Made by a program: the position numbers and the translations under genes
Shown here: positions 9,086 through 16,007 of the stretch, in pieces
Layout of the letters: each line of letters opens with the position of its first letter
Position numbering within the stretch: position 1 is the first letter of the stretch
The notes under the pieces: model-generated
What the model was told of the DNA's origin: nothing
Databases searched by the model: none
The model's input: only the letters and a program-made list of their open reading frames with translations
From: Candidatus Saccharimonadota bacterium
GTDB taxonomy: Bacteria > Patescibacteriota > Gracilibacteria > UBA1369 > 2-02-FULL-48-14
Assembly (NCBI GenBank): GCA_016699145.1
Contig: CP064962.1
Coordinates: 600,001 to 632,000, forward strand
Direction: 5' to 3'
DNA length: 32,000 bases

Positions 9086-9129
9086 GAAAAATAAAAATTT
9101 GATATAATGAAGTGATTTATTATATCAAA
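9080..9129 (+). promoter_or_regulatory. Near-consensus promoter plus an 11-bp perfect inverted repeat upstream of cassette 1
   Basis: TTGTAC (9080-9085), a 17-nt spacer, then the extended -10 TGATATAAT (9100-9108). The inverted repeat TTTGATATAAT (9098-9108) / ATTATATCAAA (9119-9129) spans the -10 box. The ATG is at 9139. Confidence 0.5.
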
Positions 9130-9138
9130 TAAATAATT

Positions 9139-9387
9139 ATGGAAAATCCATCTTTGCCTAATCTTCAAGAATTAGTCCCTACTCTCAAACCAGCAAAGGG
9201 ATATGAATCTTTGTATGCAAAACAAAATCCACGCCTTACCGTCTTAGGGTGTTTTGAATGGGACGATGCATCTGTCAAACTAGCTGTGAGTAAATTAAAG
9301 GACTGGGGATATACCGCCATAACTGAACCTGTCGGAGGCATTGGAAAGGAGCAACAAGATGCAAAAGCTTTCTTTATTTTAGTATAA
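9139..9387 (+). CDS. Cassette 1: hypothetical 82-aa protein
   Basis: ORF followed 14 nt later by attC1. AT-rich. I recognise no family. Confidence 0.6.
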   Translation: MENPSLPNLQELVPTLKPAKGYESLYAKQNPRLTVLGCFEWDDASVKLAVSKLKDWGYTAITEPVGGIGKEQQDAKAFFILV

Positions 9388-9400
9388 ATTTTTCTTCATC

Positions 9401-9525
9401 GTACAACACTGCGTATGCGGCTACAGCTTGCTCCGTTCCGCCGCAAGCTTCCGCCCATATTGAGCGGATGTAGCCTGTCGGCTATTATACACCCGCGCAA
9501 CATCGCATACGCAGGAACGTTATAT
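9401..9525 (+). repeat. attC-like site 1 (125 bp)
   Basis: GTACAAC-ACTGCGTATGCG ... CGCATACGCAG-GAAC-GTTATAT. L''/L' are complementary at 11/12 positions. Nested inner stems are GGCTACA/TGTAGCC and AGCTTGC/GCAAGCT. Confidence 0.8.
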
Positions 9526-9601
9526 GAAATTTTAAAGTTTTTTAAAGAATACAATCATTATGAGTATTTACAAATCTAAACCAGCTATAGTAGGAGATAA
9601 T

Positions 9602-10145
9602 ATGAACCTCCCCGAGCTTACGCTCGGGGTTTCAGCCTAGTTCAAGCTGCGCTTGGCCCGCATCTTCTTCGCCCTGTTGTTGGATATACTTTCGAATGAC
9701 CTCCTCGTTAATCCCAACTGTGGAGGCAAAGTAACCTGCCGACCAAATACTTCTCGTCCCCAGTACACTTTTCTAAGAAACGGAAACTTTATGTTCAACT
9801 CACGAGCTGTGTTGGCTTTTATTATTCTCACCACCTCTCCCACTGCTATTTGTGGAGGTATGGAAATTAAAATATGTACATGGTCTAAATCCGTGTTTAC
9901 CTCTTTCACCACCAGTTCCGGATAGTACTTCGGAATATCCTTCATCACTTCCTGCAGAAAAGCCAACACACCTTCGTTGAATATCTTCCGACGGTATTTG
10001 GTCGGCCAAACTAAGTGATAGTCACAGATGAAAACTGCGTGTGAGCTTTTTCGTAGCTTCTTCATGCCTCCACTTTACACCACCACGAAGATGCGGGCAC
10101 CCACTACATCCCTCGGGCTTACGCCCGGGGAACTACGTCAGTTGA
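9602..10145 (-). mobile_element. IS200/IS605-family element (tnpA only)
   Basis: Subterminal hairpins CCCCGAGC-TTAC-GCTCGGGG (about 9610-9629) and CCCTCGGGC-TTAC-GCCCGGGG (about 10111-10131) flank tnpA. The left-end junction follows TCTAA on the minus strand. The right-end limit is approximate. Confidence 0.7.
9632..10065 (-). pseudogene. tnpA: IS200/IS605 Y1 (HUH) transposase TnpA, frameshifted
   Basis: The N-terminal frame carries YHLVWPTKYRRK and the HUH motif DHVHILIS. The canonical C-terminus IWSAGYFASTVGINEEVIRKYIQQQGEEDAGQAQLELG* is in another frame, with its stop at 9632-9634. The shift lies near the C4/G4 run at 9758-9761. Confidence 0.8.
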
Positions 10146-10421
10146 TTAGATGAATCTTTTATAATTGGTACTAAAGAAGAATTGCAAGAATTTGCACAAT
10201 TAATTTTAGATTTCATAAATAATCCAAAAGAAGAGAGACTTGGAGATCGGGAAGTATATTCAAGTGCAACTATGCTAACAGATTCTTTATGTGATGTATG
10301 CATCGACGGTATAGTTATGACTAAGTCAGAAAAAGATAAAGAAAATATTGTCAATGATTATCATAGAAATAATAAAATACGGGAAATAGATTGGCAAAAG
10401 CGGAAAAAACTTTAAAAAATC

Positions 10422-10563
10422 ACATAACAGTGTTTAGGCGGTTTGCAGTTTTTACCTATTTGAGGTTAAATTAAGGTACGTAAAAACCGCTCTCCCAAAT
10501 TTTGCACTGGTAGCCTTCGGCATTATACCAGCACAAAACTTCGCCCAAACACGAACGTTAGGT
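10422..10563 (+). repeat. attC-like site 2 (142 bp)
   Basis: ACATAAC-AGTGTTTAGGCG ... CGCCCAAACACG-AAC-GTTAGGT. L''/L' are complementary at 10/12 positions. Confidence 0.8.
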
Positions 10564-10964
10564 GTAATGCTTTGAGAATTAATTCAAATGACTATGGAAA
10601 CAATAACTGAAAAATTGAAGAAAAAAATTTTGGAAAAAGGTGATGAAGAAATATCACTCGAAGTGAATCTCGATACCCCTTCCCTACTCGTTCTTAACGA
10701 GGCTCCATACTATTCCTTAAAGTTAGGTGATTCTTACATTCATCTAGAGTGTTTCTGGCGTGCAGTTGTAAATTCAAAAATTGTTTTTACTTCAGAAGAT
10801 GATAAACAGATGTTCGGATTGGACAAACCGTTTGATCTTATCGAAGCATTCCAAAAATTTTTTTCTTCAAAACGTGTGTCGTTGATCAAAATAAAGCATC
10901 CCATCGCTGATCTTCAAATTATCTTCGAGGACGGAAGTTATATCGAAGCTTTTGCTAGGAGCTG

Positions 10965-11411
10965 TTAACATAAGACTTTGAGTAAAAGTGCCACAAGGCA
11001 GAGGGAGATAAAGGAGGCATACATCAGGTCTAATTTGTCATAGCGAGTTGAAATTCTTCTGTGATTTTTCATTCGGTGAAATAGGCGTTCAATCTCGTTG
11101 CGGTAGGCATAAATGTTCTTGTTGTATTCCCACGGAAATTTCATTTTTGCCTTTGGAGGAACGACTGGAGTTATGCCTTTTTCTTTGCACAGCTCCAGAA
11201 CTTTGTAGCATGAATAACCTTTGTCCATAGCCAAATGATCTACTGTTTTTGGAAACGAATAATCTCTCAAAATTTGTTTTCCAACTTTCACATCGCTCAC
11301 TTCACCACCTGTTAAAACAAAGTGCATCCCATGATCTGGATCTCCAGCAATCATGTGAATTTTTGTAGTGTACCCACCTCTACTTCGGCCTAACGCTTGT
11401 GGCCCCTTTTT
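10965..11411 (-). CDS. IS5-family transposase, DDE frame (orfB), reached by a +1-type shift at A6G4
   Basis: The frame is open from 11411 (KKGPQALGRSRGGYTTKIHMIAGD...MDKGYS...YRNEIERLFHRMKNHRRISTRYDK). The A6G4 run (complement of 11403-11412) lies in the overlap. Removing one A would fuse both frames. Confidence 0.75.
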   Translation of the reverse strand, partial: KKGPQALGRSRGGYTTKIHMIAGDPDHGMHFVLTGGEVSDVKVGKQILRDYSFPKTVDHLAMDKGYSCYKVLELCKEKGITPVVPPKAKMKFPWEYNKNIYAYRNEIERLFHRMKNHRRISTRYDKLDLMYASFISLCLVALLLKVLC

Positions 11412-11742
11412 TCATGGCTCCCGCTGCACTGTGGTGCGCTCTATTTGTTGTACTGTCCAGGAAAGCTATTCGCACTTGAAGTACATCTGCTACTTCAAGT
11501 GCTCTAAGCATTTGTCCAAAAAGTCCAGATTCGCTCCACCGTTTGTATCTTGTATAAATCGTGTGCCAGTCATTCTCTTTTTCTCTGTAATCGTAGGGCA
11601 TTTGTCTCCATGCGCACCCTGTTTTAAGTACATAACAAATGGCATCCATGCAACGTTTCAGTGGAATCTTTTCAGGCTTTCTGGGCTTTGGAAAATAAGG
11701 CTGGATCAGTTTGAACTGTTCATCCGTTAGCATCTGGTACAT
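11380..11742 (-). CDS. IS5-family transposase, N-terminal frame (orfA)
   Basis: LTDEQFKLIQPYFP...ICYVLKTGCAWRQMP...WHTIYTRYKRWSESG...FLDSTTNRAHHSAAGAMKKG matches the IS4/IS5 N-terminal (DUF4096-like) pattern. Confidence 0.8.
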   Translation of the reverse strand: MYQMLTDEQFKLIQPYFPKPRKPEKIPLKRCMDAICYVLKTGCAWRQMPYDYREKENDWHTIYTRYKRWSESGLFGQMLRALEVADVLQVRIAFLDSTTNRAHHSAAGAMKKGATSVRPK

Positions 11743-11899
11743 GGCGTTAGGGTTAGAGTAACTTCACTCTACACCACTCCTCTATTTATGTTAACAGCTC
11801 CTAGTTCAAGTGGATATGAAACTTGGTCAATATCAGGAGAAATTATTTGTCTAGGTGAAGGAAAGCTAGTAATTTCTTAAGACGCACTCAAAGCACAAC

Positions 11900-12076
11900 A
11901 CCTAACAGCGTGTATGCGGTTCAAAAATGTTCCGAATATTAATTTTAAAGGATTAAACATTTTTTCACCCAAATGGCGCAACTCAATGACGGCTCCCCTG
12001 GGTAGACACCTCTGTTTAGCTAAGGTAGTATGCACTGGGGACAGCGCGCCACTTCGCACACACGCGAACGTTAGTG
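11900..12076 (+). repeat. attC-like site 3 (177 bp)
   Basis: ACCTAAC-AGCGTGTATGCG ... CGCACACACGCG-AAC-GTTAGTG. L''/L' are complementary at 10/12 positions. Confidence 0.75.
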
Positions 12077-12111
12077 GCAACCCTATGACGACCATAAAAA
12101 CTAAATAGACA

Positions 12112-12630
12112 ATGAAAGAAATTTTAAAATATACCTTTTGTTTGACTTTGATATTTTTGATTCAGACATCTTGTAATAACAATACGACTCAGGACAGCGG
12201 CAATACTGACAAGGTTAGTAAAGTAAGCCTCATTGAGAAGCCAATCGGAGAAAGCGGTTATGTGTTATCAATTCCGGCTGACTATTCCATTACAACAAGT
12301 GACGGGCCAGACTTCTCGGTTTATTATTTTTCATCCACGGACACGACCATTAAGAACAAATTATCAGGAGGACTTTATTTCGGAAACCATCCAAGTGAAT
12401 TTGAAGCCGACAATGCAAACTGCAAAACAGAAACATTAACAGGAAAAATCCTTGACAATATGCAAGCATGGACTGTTTACAATTGTCAGAGTGACTTTTC
12501 AATTCAAACAATTGTTGACAACAATAAAGGAGAAGGTTGGAATCAGAAAGTTCATGCATTTGGACATGCAAAAAGTAATGACGATTTACAAACAATTTTA
12601 GAAATCTACTCGACATTAAGAAAGAAATGA
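12112..12630 (+). CDS. Cassette 4: secreted protein or possible lipoprotein, 172 aa
   Basis: N-terminal signal segment MKEILKYTFCLTLIFLIQTSC. It is followed by attC4. Confidence 0.65.
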   Translation: MKEILKYTFCLTLIFLIQTSCNNNTTQDSGNTDKVSKVSLIEKPIGESGYVLSIPADYSITTSDGPDFSVYYFSSTDTTIKNKLSGGLYFGNHPSEFEADNANCKTETLTGKILDNMQAWTVYNCQSDFSIQTIVDNNKGEGWNQKVHAFGHAKSNDDLQTILEIYSTLRKK

Positions 12631-12658
12631 CAATAGTATATCGATATAGAAGGGCAGC

Positions 12659-12790
12659 CACTAACACGGGTTTGGCAAAAGTGGCGGTTCAGTGCTCCGC
12701 AAACTCATTTGTGGTTAATCAAAGTTAGGTTCTCCACATCAACATTGGTGGTAAAAATCACCACCTTCGCCAAGCCCGGAACAGTTATGT
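12659..12790 (+). repeat. attC-like site 4 (132 bp)
   Basis: CACTAAC-ACGGGTTTGGCA ... CGCCAAGCCCGG-AACA-GTTATGT. The arms are complementary (GCCAAaCCCG versus GCCAAgCCCG). There is one extra A before the GTT. Confidence 0.7.
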
Positions 12791-12839
12791 GCAATTTTAT
12801 TCGAGTGCAGAATTATCATTAATAAAATCCAGTTGAACC

Positions 12840-13109
12840 ATGGATAAAAACGAAATTCAAAACGATTTCAAAAGCAATTTTCTCCAATTGCGAAAAATAA
12901 TTAATGCATGGAACTTAATTCCTGGATCAGGTAAAGAAGAATTCGATTCGCTCAATCAAAAAATATTGTCAAATTTGTACCGTGGAGCTGATGCTGACAA
13001 AATTAAAAGAGTAATCGAGAGCGAACTGTGCGTAAACTTTGGCTTTTTTATTGATGAATTTGATTCAGAAAAAATGTCGCTTGAAATTATTGAGTGGTGG
13101 AACGAATAA
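12840..13109 (+). CDS. Cassette 5: hypothetical 89-aa protein
   Basis: ORF followed 12 nt later by the 5' half of attC5. Confidence 0.6.
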   Translation: MDKNEIQNDFKSNFLQLRKIINAWNLIPGSGKEEFDSLNQKILSNLYRGADADKIKRVIESELCVNFGFFIDEFDSEKMSLEIIEWWNE

Positions 13110-13149
13110 TGAAAAACTGCACCTAACAGCGCGTTAGCGGCTCGTCCGA

Positions 13150-13178
13150 TTGACTTATTTTTTATTCTTCTTTAATCT
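13150..13178 (+). promoter_or_regulatory. Candidate hicBA promoter
   Basis: TTGACT (13150-13155), a 17-nt spacer, then TAATCT (13173-13178). The -10 box is weak. Confidence 0.3.
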
Positions 13179-13200
13179 GTAAATAGGATAAAAATTGATT

Positions 13201-13419
13201 ATGCGTAAAATAGACTTCAAATCAGTGATTTGGAAAGAAGGTGCGTATTATATCGCCCAATGTTTGGAGGTAGATGTGTCCAGTTTTGGCAAAACAAAAA
13301 AAGAAGCCCTTATTCATCTTCAAGACGCTTTGTCGTTGTATTACGAAGATGTGCCCTTGCCCAAAAAGGCAGAAGTGAATAACCCTATGATCGCATCTAT
13401 AGAACTTCAGTATGCCTAG
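13201..13419 (+). CDS. hicB: HicB-family antitoxin (short form, N-terminal domain only)
   Basis: 72 aa from ATG 13201. The segment VIWKEGAYYIAQCLEVDVSSFGKTKKEALIHLQDALSLYYED fits the HicB/UPF0150 fold pattern. It overlaps hicA by 8 nt. Confidence 0.7.
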   Translation: MRKIDFKSVIWKEGAYYIAQCLEVDVSSFGKTKKEALIHLQDALSLYYEDVPLPKKAEVNNPMIASIELQYA

Positions 13420-13591
13420 GCCCTATAAAGTAAGTCTGATTGTGAAGATTTTGAAAGATATGGGCTTTTTTTTTGTGTCTCAATCGGGTTCTCACGCAAA
13501 ATACCGTAAACCTGGAAATCCAACCCTAACAACCATAGTACCAATACATGAAAAAGAAGTCCGTTACGGCACCTTTCGGTCTATTTTATGA
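13412..13591 (+). CDS. hicA: HicA-family mRNA-interferase toxin (59 aa, not listed in the ORF track)
   Basis: My translation is MPRPYKVSLIVKILKDMGFFFVSQSGSHAKYRKPGNPTLTTIVPIHEKEVRYGTFRSIL*. It carries the HicA signature GSH..Y ... VP.H ... GT..SIL. Confidence 0.75.
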   Translation: MPRPYKVSLIVKILKDMGFFFVSQSGSHAKYRKPGNPTLTTIVPIHEKEVRYGTFRSIL

Positions 13592-13755
13592 CAGTCAAAT
13601 TTAAAAGAAAGTGACTTCAATAAACATAAAAAATAAGCCACTCGAAACTCGCTCAAATTGGCTAGGTGTCCACTTCGTGATATTTTACACCTGTGCAACT
13701 TCGCGCCAACGCGCGGACGTTAAGCGAAATATTTTTTGCCTCTAATATCAAAACT

Positions 13756-14229
13756 GTGAACGAAAATTCAACATCATTAACATTTTATCCAAGCAAGTGG
13801 AAAACTTTTCTTCTTTTTTTTGTATCACTTTTTTTCACTCTGGGAGGCACTTGGATGATAAGTGATAGAGAGCCTATGGGATGGTTCGTATCAATCTTTT
13901 TTGGCATCGGATGCATAGTATTCATCGCAATTTTGCTACCTCATTCTTCTTACTTACGCATTTCCGAAAAAGGATTTGAAATACGTTCATTATTTCGCGG
14001 CGGGTTTACCAATTGGAATGAAGTAGACCAATTTGAATCTGGATACATTGGACTAAATAAAATGGTGGTCTTCAACTATAGCCCAGGGCATAAAAAATAT
14101 GAAACAGGTAAAAAAATAGCAAAAACGATAACAGGTGTTGAAGGGGCATTGCCAGATACCTATGGAAAATCGGCAGAAGAATTAGCAAAATTGCTTAATG
14201 AATGGAAAGAAAAGTTTTCAAGAAAATAG
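13756..14229 (+). CDS. Cassette 6: two-TM membrane protein with a PH-like cytosolic domain (STM3941-like, tentative)
   Basis: The sequence reads ...LTFYPSKWKTFLLFFVSLFFTLGG...WFVSIFFGIGCIVFIAILLP...YLRISEKGFEIRSLF...WNEVDQFE. I chose GTG 13756 because it is the first start inside the cassette. The track start at 13693 lies within attC5. Confidence 0.6.
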   Translation: MNENSTSLTFYPSKWKTFLLFFVSLFFTLGGTWMISDREPMGWFVSIFFGIGCIVFIAILLPHSSYLRISEKGFEIRSLFRGGFTNWNEVDQFESGYIGLNKMVVFNYSPGHKKYETGKKIAKTITGVEGALPDTYGKSAEELAKLLNEWKEKFSRK

Positions 14230-14243
14230 GCAAAGAATACATC

Positions 14244-14364
14244 GTACAACAAGGACTATGCGGTTCATTTCTTCGCTTCGCTCAGTCATTCCCCACATTT
14301 GCCAGTAGTGCGCTTTCAGCGTATTTTACCACTGGCAAATGTCGCATAGTCATGGACGTTAGCT
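14244..14364 (+). repeat. attC-like site 6 (121 bp)
   Basis: GTACAAC-AAGGACTATGCG ... CGCATAGTCATG-GAC-GTTAGCT. The inner stem is CATTTGCCAGT / ACTGGCAAATG. Confidence 0.75.
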
Positions 14365-14447
14365 GAAATACATTTTTCTCTTTTGGCCTACGGCCAACTT
14401 TTTGAGAGGAAAGACATTTGATTTCCTCTATTGACAGGGGTGGTACT

Positions 14448-15382
14448 GTTTTGTAATCAATAGCTTTGCATCACTTCGTTAGGAGTTAGCATGTGAAGAC
14501 CCATGTGAGGACGTTCAAAATTGTAATAGTGAAGGAAGTCAGGGATTGCTTTTTTGTAAGCCTCTAAAGTCTTTGGGACTCGGGAGAGGCATTCCTCCTG
14601 GATGGTTCTGTTGAATCTCTCCACATAGGCATTGTCTGTGGGTGTTCGTACTCTTGAATGTCTGTGCTGAATTTCATTAGCTACAAGCGTTTTAGTGAGC
14701 CACTTGGAAAACTCACTTCCATGGTCTGTCTGGATCATTTTAAGTTCAAAGGGCATGTCTTCTTGTGAGTGCTGAATAAACTCCCAACTTGCGTGGGTTC
14801 CAATCTTCATCACCGGCATAGCAGAGGCCCATCTACTGCACACGTCCAGCATAGTGTATACATAAAGTCTGTCATAATAAGGCCCATCCACAATCGTGTC
14901 TATTTGCACCAATATGCCTGGTTTTTCAGGCCGCGGTCTTTCCTCATACTGGTGCCACTTCTTCCACTTGCTGTATTTGGTCATCTCGTTCCTTTTGAGT
15001 GTTCTCTTCACACTGGAAAGACTCACTTCGTAGCCATCTCTTTCCAGAAAATAGTGAATCACTTCTGCACACCGCTGGTACTTGAGTCTGTACTCTATGA
15101 CTTTCTGCACTGTCTCTGCAGAAAGCTCACTGGGGTGCGAATGGGGACGTGAGCTTTCTGTGGGAATGGTGTGGCCATAGTTATTGCCTCTGAGCTTTTC
15201 CACCCACCGCACAATGCTGCTTTGGTTAAAACCTGTGTGTCTGGCCACTTCGCGTGTGCTCCAGCCTTTTTCCAGAACTAACTTTGCTGCCTCCATTCGC
15301 ACCCGAGGCAGATGGGGATTTTGTGTGTATGCCATGTCCATATCTTTGCACAGGGGTGATGCAAAGCTATTGAACCATTACA
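14448..15382 (-). mobile_element. IS481-like insertion sequence A (935 bp) with a 6-bp target duplication
   Basis: The direct repeat GGTACT occurs at 14442-14447 and 15383-15388. The terminal inverted repeats share a 17-bp perfect core, CAATAGCTTTGCATCAC (14458-14474 / 15356-15372). Confidence 0.85.
14457..15341 (-). CDS. IS481/IS3-type DDE (rve) transposase, intact
   Basis: 294 aa. It has an HTH segment (WSTREVARHTGFNQSSIVRWV) and a DDE triad context (LVQIDT, QTDHGSEF, YVERFNRT). Confidence 0.88.
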   Translation of the reverse strand: MDMAYTQNPHLPRVRMEAAKLVLEKGWSTREVARHTGFNQSSIVRWVEKLRGNNYGHTIPTESSRPHSHPSELSAETVQKVIEYRLKYQRCAEVIHYFLERDGYEVSLSSVKRTLKRNEMTKYSKWKKWHQYEERPRPEKPGILVQIDTIVDGPYYDRLYVYTMLDVCSRWASAMPVMKIGTHASWEFIQHSQEDMPFELKMIQTDHGSEFSKWLTKTLVANEIQHRHSRVRTPTDNAYVERFNRTIQEECLSRVPKTLEAYKKAIPDFLHYYNFERPHMGLHMLTPNEVMQSY

Positions 15383-15426
15383 GGTACTTGCCAAACCTTA
15401 ATTAATCTGCTAATTTAAACAACATT

Positions 15427-15777
15427 ATGAAATGGCTTACAAGAAAAAACGGAATTATATTATGTGCAATTGGGATAGTAATCTTTCTACTTAACTTTCT
15501 AACTTATAGTTTATGGGAAATTGACATTGATATTCTTGGTGCAATGATTTTTTTTCTTGGCTTAGTGATTACAATAGCTTGCGGACCTTCAATGAAAAAT
15601 TCCTCTAAATTGTTAACAAGAAAAAATGGTGTAAGGTTATGCATAATTACCACGGTAATAACAGCATTATTTGCATATTCACCCATCTCATATCTTAACG
15701 GATATTTTACTGGTTTCTTGAATTTAACAGTGTTTGTTTTAGGTGTAATTATTATAACTGTAAGATGGAAATATTAA
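15427..15777 (+). CDS. Cassette 7: 4-TM membrane protein with an internal duplication
   Basis: 116 aa. The two halves both begin (W/L)LTRKNG(I/V).LC and are each followed by two hydrophobic segments. Confidence 0.6.
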   Translation: MKWLTRKNGIILCAIGIVIFLLNFLTYSLWEIDIDILGAMIFFLGLVITIACGPSMKNSSKLLTRKNGVRLCIITTVITALFAYSPISYLNGYFTGFLNLTVFVLGVIIITVRWKY

Positions 15778-15838
15778 AGTTACCGACTCTTAAATATTGT
15801 AGCTTCGCAATTATTGATAAAGGTGAAAATTCTACATC

Positions 15839-15855
15839 GCCTAACACTGCGTATG
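15839..15855 (+). repeat. attC-like site 7, 5' half only
   Basis: GCCTAAC-ACTGCGTATG has the same L'' as attC1 and then diverges. No cognate CATACGCAG-GAAC-GTT occurs downstream. Confidence 0.5.
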
Positions 15856-16007
15856 AATGAATGTTTCCATATTAAAAAAGGTTATTGATAAATAACCCCT
15901 TCTGAGGCTTCCAACGCCATGTTACACCACGTACACGGTTTAACCTTTCGAGGTCCCACCAGCATAGCTAGTGGTTTATGAATTGCTAATTATACCGCCA
16001 AAAAAAA

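Larger units (their letters stand above)
9560..10415 (+). pseudogene. Cassette 2 gene interrupted by an IS200/IS605-like element
   Basis: The 5' piece starts at ATG 9560 (MSIYKSKPAIVGDN...). The 3' piece is open from 10146 (LDESFIIGTKEELQEFAQLILDF...KRKKL, stop at 10415). The two frames join in phase if the IS spans about 9602-10145. Confidence 0.5.
10958..11801 (-). mobile_element. IS5-family element (IS427/IS1031-like, two-frame transposase)
   Basis: Perfect 16-bp terminal inverted repeats GGAGCTGTTAACATAA sit at 10958-10973 and 11786-11801. They are flanked by TA or the palindromic CTAG, so the target duplication is ambiguous. Total length is ~844 bp. Confidence 0.85.
10588..11880 (+). 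pseudogene. Cassette 3 gene interrupted near its 3' end by an IS5-like element
   Basis: The track ORF 10588-10968 ends ...EAFARSC*, and its last codons come from the IS terminal repeat. Removing the IS joins 10588-10958 to 11805-11880 in frame (...EAFASSSGYETWSISGEIICLGEGKLVIS*). The restored protein is 148 aa. Confidence 0.75.
13121..13725 (+). repeat. attC-like site 5, split by a ~560-bp insert carrying hicBA
   Basis: The 5' half is ACCTAAC-AGCGCGTTAGCG (13121-13139). The 3' half is CTTCGCGCCAACGCGCG-GAC-GTTAAGC (ending 13725). The arms are complementary at 10/12 positions, like the intact sites. No GTT occurs in 13140-13200 and no cognate R''/L'' lies after hicA. Confidence 0.65.

Noticed and set aside
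13195-13591. hicBA as an ordinary integron cassette with its own attC
   Set aside because: No GTT core and no L'-like arm lie between the 5' half-site (13121-13139) and hicB. No R''/L'' able to pair with the 13703-13725 arm follows hicA. The two distant halves pair with each other instead.
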